From the NCBI GenBank assembly GCA_011109175.1, contig RDEW01000013.1, positions 475,476-539,475 of the forward strand: DNA of 64,000 nucleotides. The letters are read 5' to 3'. The position numbers and the translations under genes were made by a program. The notes beneath the pieces were generated by a model. That model was not told where the DNA came from. It was given only the letters and a program-made list of their open reading frames with translations, and did no database searches. Source of the stretch: Dicyema japonicum (Eukaryota; Animalia; Dicyemida). This document shows, in pieces, positions 55,541 through 64,000 of the stretch; within the stretch, counting starts at the first letter, position 1; every line of letters starts with the position of its first letter.

Positions 55541-56887
55541 GCTTTTCTCACAACAGTCATAATATATAAAATATTTAACACGTGTAAGAATACTAATCCT
55601 CGTTATTACACATTGAAAAACATCAAAATTTACATTAAGAGAACTATATTGGTCATTGAAGACAGATTTTGTGTTCTTATCTGGTTTCCAAATTTTTAAC
55701 TTATTTGTAAAACTATATTTTCTGAAACTATTTACCTGAGTCTGATTTCTTTTAATAATGAAACCACATAGAAGTATTCTTGCTATTAATTTCGCTTCAA
55801 CCGCAGTCCTGGAAGTTGCCTGATAAACTTTGCTGTGCTAGGGCAGAGCATATTAAAGATATGTTTGTTTGACTTGGAAGCAGATCACTGACCTGTTGAA
55901 CTGTATTAGATCGCTTGTTTCACGGTTAAGAAAAAAATATTGGAGAATGGAGCTGGCTTATTGAGAATCTTCGTGGAAAATGGGTTTTCAGTTCTGATAC
56001 TGGCCAGCCTTTAATGAAAAGAACTTTTTGTAATTATTAAATGTTTGTGTAGTTAAAAAAATTCTTTATCAAAGTTTATCTAATTACTATGCTGCTTAGT
56101 GCAGTATTGAATGAGCTACTGAGAAGCTCAAAAAATTTCGAAAAGAAAGAAATTTTAATAAAAAATTAATGTAAAAAATAACCTAATCATGTTTTATAAT
56201 AAATAAAAAACTACTTTGTGGATTTATAAATTTTCCGATAGTTATATTACAAAAACAGAAATTTCCATGTATGGAAAATGCAAAGAAGAATTTTATGTCC
56301 AAATTAAGATAGTTAAATCATTTCCCCGAGGTGGAAGGAAACCCACACAGAAGATTCCTTATAAGTTGCTTAAAAAGGATGTTCTTACTACATTAAATGC
56401 AGTGATATCAAATTATGTGTCATCATCCCCGCCAACGGACATGAATGAGATTACTGACATTGTTTATGCTGCACAATGCGCATATGAAAATTTGACAAAG
56501 AAGCAATCAGTAAAAAGCTGTTGGAGGGAAAACGTGGAGAAGAGAATTTCAAAAATCAAAGAAAATTGTGCCTTAGTCTATGGGTGTACTGGGAAGCAGT
56601 CAAGGGAAGAAAAGGAGAAAACGCTAATGTTTTATGCTCGTTTGGATACAAGAAATCAAAGAAGGGAAAACTGAAAAAGAACTCTACCCTAACTGAAAAC
56701 AAATCAAGATCGTGGAGAAAAAAATCTCAATTCGTGAATCAAGAAAATCCTTTAGACGAGATAATTTTTGTTTTGAGCTGAACAAGATGAGGTTTTATCG
56801 GAGGCTCAACGATGACGTCAATAATAGTGATTGTAAAGTTACAGAAAATGAGTGCGTGTCATTTTGGAATGATGTATGGGAAAAAGA

Positions 56888-59186
56888 GGTTCCCATTCAA
56901 AACGGCCTCCATTCAAAATGGCCTCCAATAAAATTTCTCAGGTTTTGGATACGTTCATCAATAGACATCACGAGATATTTTACCAAGGTCCTCGACATCT
57001 TTAGGTAAAAGAGTCATCTTTTTATATCTTATAAAAATTGATTTTTCCAAGGTCCTCGACATCTTTAGGTAAAAAAGTCATCTTTTTTAAATCTTATAAA
57101 AATTGATTTTAAGGGGTCCTATGGGTAAGTGGAACAATTTACCAAGGTCCTCGACATCTTTAGGTGAAAAAGTCATCTTTTTGAAATCTTATAAAAATTG
57201 ATTTTAACAGGTCCTATGGGTAAGTGGAACAATTTACCAAGGTCCTCGACATCTTTAGGTAAACATTTATTTTTTTTAAATATTTTTATTTAAATTTAAA
57301 ATGAAAGATTTATTTTCAAAAGGAAAAATAGAAAATAATTATAAATGTAATACATCACTCACGGCCTGCGAACCTTTGGTCAGGAGGATTCTACACTCCC
57401 CACCCGAATTCTCAACTGACCAAGAGATAATCCACGCACGAGAAGCCTGGAATGCCACCAACCTCCCCCTGCCTCCTTCCCAAGATCGCCAGCGAAACCT
57501 GGACAACTTATTATGCTGGAAATCATTTGGACTCCTACTAGAATCTGCCAATCAGCACCGACGCGCTTGTTTGCTTTCGGGGGCTTCCCCTAAGAGCGGA
57601 GCTTGGCTAAACGCCATCCCCAATGGAGCTTTGGGCACTTTTCTGGATGATGAATCCGTTAGAACTGGTATCTCTCTGCGGCTGGGACTAAAAGTATGTG
57701 TACCTCACCCGTGCCGATGTGGCATCCTAATAGACTGCTATGGCCTGCACCCTCTCGCCTGCAGGAGGAGCGCGGCAGATCCCCAAGGCACAAGGCTCTG
57801 AATGAAATTGTCAGGCGAGCTATGGATACTGCTGGATACTCGGCCATTCTTGAACCGGTCGGGTTATGCAGAAGTGACGGGAAACGACCGGACGGGATGA
57901 CCATATTTCCATTTGAGGTCGGGAAACCACTGGTTTGGGATGTGACATGTACAGACACGTTCGCCCAGAAAAATCTTCACGAGAGTGCTACAAGGGCCTG
58001 TTCAGCATCCGTAAAGGCGGAGAAGGCCAAACTCGTTAAATACGTCGACCTTCCCGATGATGTCAAATTTGTTCCCCTTGCTATGGAGACTTCCGGATCC
58101 TACTCCCCCTCTACACTCGAGTTTTTCGGACGTCTTGGAAACCGGATCACCTCATGCACTGGAGATCTCCGCGAACGCCGCTGGCTATTTGAGCGAATTT
58201 CGCTCGCAATTTTGAGAGGGAACAGCCACGCGGTGAGGGCGGCAACTACCTGACTTCTATTGTTTAAAATTTAAAATAAAATTTATTTTAAAAAAAAAAT
58301 GTTATAGAATATATATTCAATTTAATTGAATATCGGATCCAAGTTAAGTAACATTTGTTCTTAAACAAATCTCAATGTATTCTCAGATAAAGCGATATAT
58401 TTAGTTTTTCTAAGAATTCTCCATTTCGTAATCTTAAGAATTTTATCATTATGCTTTCTTCTTTTATCAATTTCTTAACAAAATTTCTTGGAATCTTGTT
58501 TAGTGTCCAAATGTACTTCTAAAAACGTTGTGCCAGCCTCCAATTGAGATATGGACCTTGGAAAAAATGTTCCATTACCCATCGGACCCGTTAAAATCAA
58601 TTTTTATAAGATTTAAAAAAATGACTCTTTTACCTAAAGATGTCGAGGACCTTAGCAAAATGTTCCACTTACCCATAGGACCCGTTAAAATCAATTTTTA
58701 TAAGATTTAAAAAAGATGATTTTTTACCTAAAGATGTCGAGGACCTTAGCAAAATGTTCTACTTACTCATAGGACCCGTTAAAATCAATTTTTATAAGAT
58801 TTAAAAAAGATGACTATTTTACCTAAAGATGTCGAGGACCTTGGTAAAATCAATTTTTATAAGATTTAAAAAAGATGATTTTTTACCTAAAGATGTCGAG
58901 GACCTTAGCAAAATGTTCCACTTACCCATAGGACCCGTTAAAATCAATTTTTATAAGATTTAAAAAAGATGATTTTTTACCTAAAGATGTCGAGGACCTT
59001 GGTAAAATCAATTTTTATAAGATTTAAAAAAGATGAATTTTTTACCTAAAGATGTCGTTTCGCTAAAATCTCGTGATGTTTATTAATGAACTTATCCAAA
59101 ACCTGAAAAAATTAATTGGAGGCCATTTTGAATGGAGTCCGTTTTGAATGGAGGCCATTTTGAAAGAGGCCATTTTGAATGGACAC
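56888..59186. mobile_element. Foldback/Mutator-like non-autonomous element with modular inverted arms and 9-bp TSD
   Basis: TSD GGAAAAAGA (56879-56887 / 59187-59195); terminal CCATTCAAAA(T/C)GGCCT repeats; 95/64-bp modules inverted on the two arms. Confidence 0.9.
57355..58300 (+). mobile_element. CRE-like 3' fragment with poly(A), inside the foldback element
   Basis: SGAWLNAIPNGALGTFLDD; CRCG..HPLAC; RPDGMTIFPF..LVWDVTCTDT; ERISLAILRGN; A-run at ~58290. Confidence 0.88.
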
Positions 59187-60676
59187 GGAAAAAGATCATC
59201 ATTATTCTCACAGAAATATTGTTGGGAGGCGAATAACAGGAGTAGAGGAATTACCGTTAGATATGACAGTTGAGTTCGTTAAGAACATTATTCATTATAC
59301 GCCGAATTGGAAGAGCTCTGGCTGTGATAAAGTATATGGATTTTTTTGTCAAGAAATTTAATTCTCTTCATAGTTATCTGAGTGGAGAGATTATCAAGAT
59401 ATTGAGTGGTAAATATTGCCCGGAAGAATGGTTCTATACTGGGATTACGTACCTCATTCCGAAAAAAGAAGACTACTGTTCTCCGAATGACTTAGGCCAA
59501 TTATATGGGTGCCTATATTGTACAAACTTGTCACAAAATGTGTGTGCAAAAGATGACAGAAAGGTGCAAAAGAGCAGGCTTTAATAAATCATTGTGTTAA
59601 TGCTGAACATGGAAATAACTTATTCACAACATGGATTGATGTGAAGAAGACTTTCGATTAAGTCAATCATGAATTTTTGTGTCGGGTTCTTTATAACTCT
59701 GGAGTTCCTGAATGGGTTGTGAAGTTCATCAAGAATCTAATAAGCAAGTGGAATGTTATTTGAACCTTAACAAAAAAATTGGAAAGATCAAAGTCGGAAG
59801 AGGAATCTTGCAAGGAGACTCACTCTCTCCCCAGCTGTTTACTCTGGTAATGGACCCACTAAGCCGAATATTAAATATAAAATTCCCAAAGATATGTTTG
59901 ATCAGAGTGATCCGTCTATTGTGACATATGCGACCAACCATTTTCTTTTTATTGACGACCTGAAAATAATTACCGAATATGAAGATGCTACTCTAAAAAT
60001 GATGGAGGATATTGGTGAATATCTGGGTGTTGTTGGCATTAAAAGAAACTGTGAAAAGTGTGCAACTAATCTGAAATGTGCCAAAGATACATGTTATCTA
60101 CATGGTTGTGCTGGCGAATTCGAAATTAAACGCTGTAAACTTGTTTAAAGCGATAAATGAATACGCACTTTCGCTATTTTATTATTATATGGGCTTATCG
60201 GCATGAACCACGTGAATTCGAAGCTATTGATTTAGAAATCCGGCGTATACTCTCTAACTTACAAGTGCATTTAAAACATTCTAACAAAGAAAGATTATAT
60301 CTCAGCAGAAATAGTTTTGGAAGAGGATTAACCTCAATTTTTGATAAGATTGAATGCATGTTATTTCAAATTTTGACCGACCTTGAAAGGATATCTTCCA
60401 TCTGTCTTTGAAGGGAAGGAATCTTGCAGGTCCTAAAACAAAGAAAAACAAATATGACCACTATCGCAAGAATTATTGCACTCAAATACACTGAAATTAT
60501 AAAGGAATATCAAAAGAATTATTCGGAGAAGACTAATCAGAATTGCTTCATTCAACTATATGTGTTTTGATACGAATGTGGAAATCAATGGATCAACTAA
60601 ATGGTTTACTGGGGGAAACAATAGTCCAAGGTGATTTAATAGAAAAATATAATGATTATTTTTTTTCTTTTTTATA

Positions 60677-61001
60677 GCCGCGTGGCGCCATGTGGTGCTT
60701 CGTGGCTAATTGATTGAAGTTTCTGTTTTGTTCGTCTGTTCCTCCTCTCTCTTCCTATTAGAGTGGCGTCATGTGATCCACCTGTCTAGGTGGCGCCCAG
60801 TGCCAGGCCGGCACGAAAAAGGATCATTTGCTCTCCCCCACTCCACTGGAGGGGTTTCCACAACTGCAACCATGGACGTCTTTTACCCTTTATGCTGATT
60901 TCGGATGGACTCTATCTGTAGAAGTGGAAACTGGATACATTTAATTAGTTGTTTACTTTAACTTCTTTCTCGGTGTATCCGGGGTTAATAAATAAAATAA
61001 A
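60677..61001 (+). mobile_element. Family A short non-autonomous element, reference copy (~325 bp)
   Basis: Leader, pseudoknot 60765-60826, and Vingi-type 3' tail CTGGATAC..TTCTCGGTGTATCCGGGGTTAATAAATAAA. Confidence 0.9.
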
Positions 61002-61294
61002 TATAGATTAGTCATTCATTGACAGGTTGATGACATGTTTGACAGATGTCAAAGTCGCTTTCTGCGCTCGCGACATTTTTGCGTCTCAAATTCTTTTTCA
61101 CCTTCAAAATTTGCTAACAATACTTTTTAACAGTTATACCATTTCAGTCGCTCTCTTTGCAAATCCGCAAACAAGACCGTGTCTTTTACAATTATTCACA
61201 AGAATTTCTTTTACAAAGTTATTTATTATTTTTGACTTGGTAAGTGGATCGATTGATATTGGGCTAATTTTATCCAACTTCCTCAACAAGTAAC

Positions 61295-63600
61295 AATTTA
61301 TTTTTATTTATTTAAAAACCAAGAATCACCGACAAAACAAAAGAAGGTACCAGCCGTCAGATGATCCTGCCCCCTTGAGCAGCCATCTTTCCTCGGTGTT
61401 CCTCCCGAGTGCCTACACATTTCCTGTATGGACGAATCACTTTTCGGAAGTTTAGGGGTTTTGGCTGAGCTCCCGTTCTCCTCACGAGTTCCTCGAACGG
61501 GGTTGGTTTTAATGACGAGTAAGAAAATCTTTGTAGGGTTTTCGTTATTGTCTCTTGGAAGGAGTTTAATTTCTTTAGGTTGGTGTGGGATATGTTAGTA
61601 CCCCATGCCGCGCAGCAGTAACTGATTGACGGAAGTATATGTCGGAAGTAGAGATGATCTACTGTTGGGTGGAACCATCTCTTGTAGTATCCAAGTAGTG
61701 TTTTTACAAAGTTTAATTTTATGTTGCTCACATGTTTTCTGAGGTGATTAATGGGTCATATGTGACCCCAGAGCGCAACAACCGTGTTGGGAATAGATCT
61801 CTCCAGAGCTTTCGACTCAATAAACAGACAGAAACTGATGAATGTGTTGAGCTAATATTGGATGAATCGTCGGTTAGGATATTCAGACTACTACTTGCGA
61901 ACACAAGACTATCTGTGAGGACAGAAGGAGCAACTTCCCGTAGTTTCAAAACAACGATTGGGACATCCCAGGGTGATTCCCTCTCCCCTTTACTATTCAC
62001 CATATACCTTGAATCTGCACTCCGCGACCTCCGTAAATGCTATATAGGAGACATAGAAGAGACATCTTATGCGGATGATGTGGATTTTGTATCACGGGAT
62101 GTGACCGCACTCCAACACCTGCTAGAAAATGCACCTGCNTGTGGATTTTGTATCACGGGATGTGACCGCACTCCAACACCTGCTAGAAAATGCACCTGCG
62201 GAGCTTGAGAAATGGTTTCTCAGCGTAAATGTTAACAAAACTGAAATTACGGAAATCAAAAGAGAAGACGATATTACTCATGAAAGATGGAGACGTACTA
62301 ATAAGCTCGGCTCTCTACTAGGAGACGCTGAAGATGTACTAAGGAGGAAAACATTGGCAAATGCGGCAATGGCTAAACTGAAGAAAAGATGGCTAAGGGC
62401 CAAAGGACTTGGAGTTGACATCAAATGCAGGCTTTACAACGCGTTTGTGAAACCGATCATACTGTATAACGCTGGGACATGGGGAAGTTCCTTCAAAGAA
62501 CTATCAAAACTGGATTCGTTCCATAGAAGGCAACTAAGAAGCTTACTCGGAATGGAGTGGCCACGTAGAATATCAACCACTGGTATCTACAACAAGAGTA
62601 TGTGTTCTTATATCAGCAAGGATGTGATAGATGCCGGGTGGAGGCTATTTGGGCATGTACTAAGAATGAACCTGGACGCACCCGCTAACAAAGCGATGGA
62701 AGATTACTTTGACAGATGCGAAAAACCCTTCCGCGGACGACCTAGATCGACACTTCCGACAGCCCTAAACAAAGACTTAAATCGTGTGAGAAAAAATCTA
62801 AAGACGGGAGACACCTGGACGAATTGAGATCACTCGCATTCGACAGAGGAAGATGGAAAAGACTAACTATAAATATTGTTTCTTTGAGTGTTGCACATGC
62901 GGAACTATAATCATTATGGCTTTCGTGAAAGTGCTTTAATAATAAATAATAATGTGACCCCAGTATTTTGGTTGAATTTGTGGAAGGGATTGTTATTCCA
63001 TTTAGGGTCAATGAAGGCGCCGAGTTAATCAATCTTTTATTGGAAGTAAAGATCATAGAGCACGACTTTTTGGGACTTGTGCGTAGTTGGTTCCTCGTAG
63101 ACCAACAGTTCAGGTTATCCAGTGAGTCTTGTAAGCGGGTACCCGCTGTGTGGATGCACTGGTCTCTTGTTCCCAGGATTAAGTCGTCGGCGTAAGCAAA
63201 GAATAAGGTATCGTCGCAGCTGTAGGAAGGCACGCCGCTCAAGAATAGGTTGAATAGAATGGGAGAGAGGGGGATCCCTGGGGGACCCTGTTCGGTAGAA
63301 ATTTAGTGACTGAAGATGTGGAGTGGGAGATTACTCTTCCTCTTTGTCCGTTGAGGAAGTTAGCGAGCCAAATTTTCAGGTTGTTCAGAATGTTAGAGCT
63401 ATAAATCTTCCTAGTGAGCAGTTTCCTCGGTATTGAATCAAAAGTCTTCTGTATGTCAATGGAACACATAATGGTCTTTTGATATGGAGGTTTGCGTTGA
63501 AGGCCTTCCTTGATGAATTTTGTCAGGCAAGTAAGGTGAGTAGTTGTGAAACGAGCTTTCTTAAATCCATGTTGGAAGGATACGTCTGGAAGGTAATGTT
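61295..63600 (-). mobile_element. Vingi-like LINE 3' half split by an RTE insertion
   Basis: FQHGFRK, IDIQKTFD, RVPQGSP, AYADD, KILG|VTYDP rejoin; homologous to 5900-6985. Confidence 0.88.
61772..62951 (+). mobile_element. RTE-like LINE, 5'-truncated, with TSD
   Basis: GTSQGDSLSP, SYADDVDF, LYNAFVKP, LFGHVLR; TSD ATGTGACCCCAG (61760-61771 / 62952-62963). Confidence 0.92.
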
Positions 63601-64000
63601 AAATCTGATCGATAATGAATTTATCCAGGATTAATTCACTACAATTACATCTGGAAGTATTCCTATAAGGACAAAAGAAGCTCTGTTTGTTTCTTATAAT
63701 TGCTCCCTTTAGTGCGGCAAATAAGAAATCTACGCTTTTGAAAAATCCTTTAATCTTTAATAAAAGTGCATTAGGCATGTAACGTGGAACATTAAGAAAG
63801 TTACCTACTTTGCGACGTCTGATAGTAATTAAATAAATTTTTTTCCTTTTCTTAAGAATAGGTGATTGATCAATTAGAGTGCAAGAAACCAATATGATGA
63901 TTCTCCTAATTATAGGGTTTCCTGATTATTAACGTCACTTTCCCGATCAATAGCATTATTCAAGTGAAGGCAGCAAACCTACTAAGGAAATAGTCCCCTG

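Larger units (their letters stand above)
56200..60632 (+). mobile_element. R4-like element interrupted by a foldback element
   Basis: FWNDVWEK|DHHYSH rejoin across the insertion; PNWKSSGCD, WFYTGITYLIPK, RGILQGDSLSP, FLFIDDLK; 3' part nearly identical to 12150-13685. Confidence 0.9.

Noticed and set aside
55600-55950. Penelope GIY-YIG remnant on the minus strand
   Set aside because: Only a faint CP..AKFIRQ resemblance, too degraded to support a call
62078-62200. 60-bp direct duplication in the RTE element
   Set aside because: The two copies flank an N at 62139, typical of a scaffolding overlap artefact
63599-64000. ORF 63599-63892 as a gene or transposase
   Set aside because: No identifiable motif; the region is cut by the window end

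Overview
AT-rich eukaryotic (animal-type) genomic DNA, not prokaryotic. It opens with ~3.4 kb of a 38-bp tandem satellite. Nine host genes, reconstructed by hand across very short (~20-27 nt) GT-AG introns, sit in compact islands: POLA1, an anoctamin, RSPH10B-like, a cytohesin, OXSM, UBA3, EFTUD2, a two-domain C-type lectin, and a divergent cold-shock-domain gene that the ORF track misses entirely. Between the islands is densely nested, mostly decayed transposon DNA: Ingi/Vingi-like, RTE, R4/Dong-like and CRE-like non-LTR elements, two SINE-like families, and hAT, pogo, Merlin and foldback DNA elements. Miniature introns plus metazoan and ciliary genes suggest a dicyemid-like parasite (inference). 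The best candidate for a new system is a covarying pseudoknot with HDV-ribozyme-like topology. It marks the 5' end of the Vingi-like LINEs, contains their ATG start codon upstream of a 2A-like peptide, and is retained in a short non-autonomous family. Other leads are a Walker-A Lys->Met change in EFTUD2, a UBA3 lacking its C-terminal E2-binding domain, a possible fossil intron, and a satellite core shared with a foldback transposon. Transposon fragment boundaries are approximate unless a TSD is quoted, and the assembly appears to contain single-base indels.
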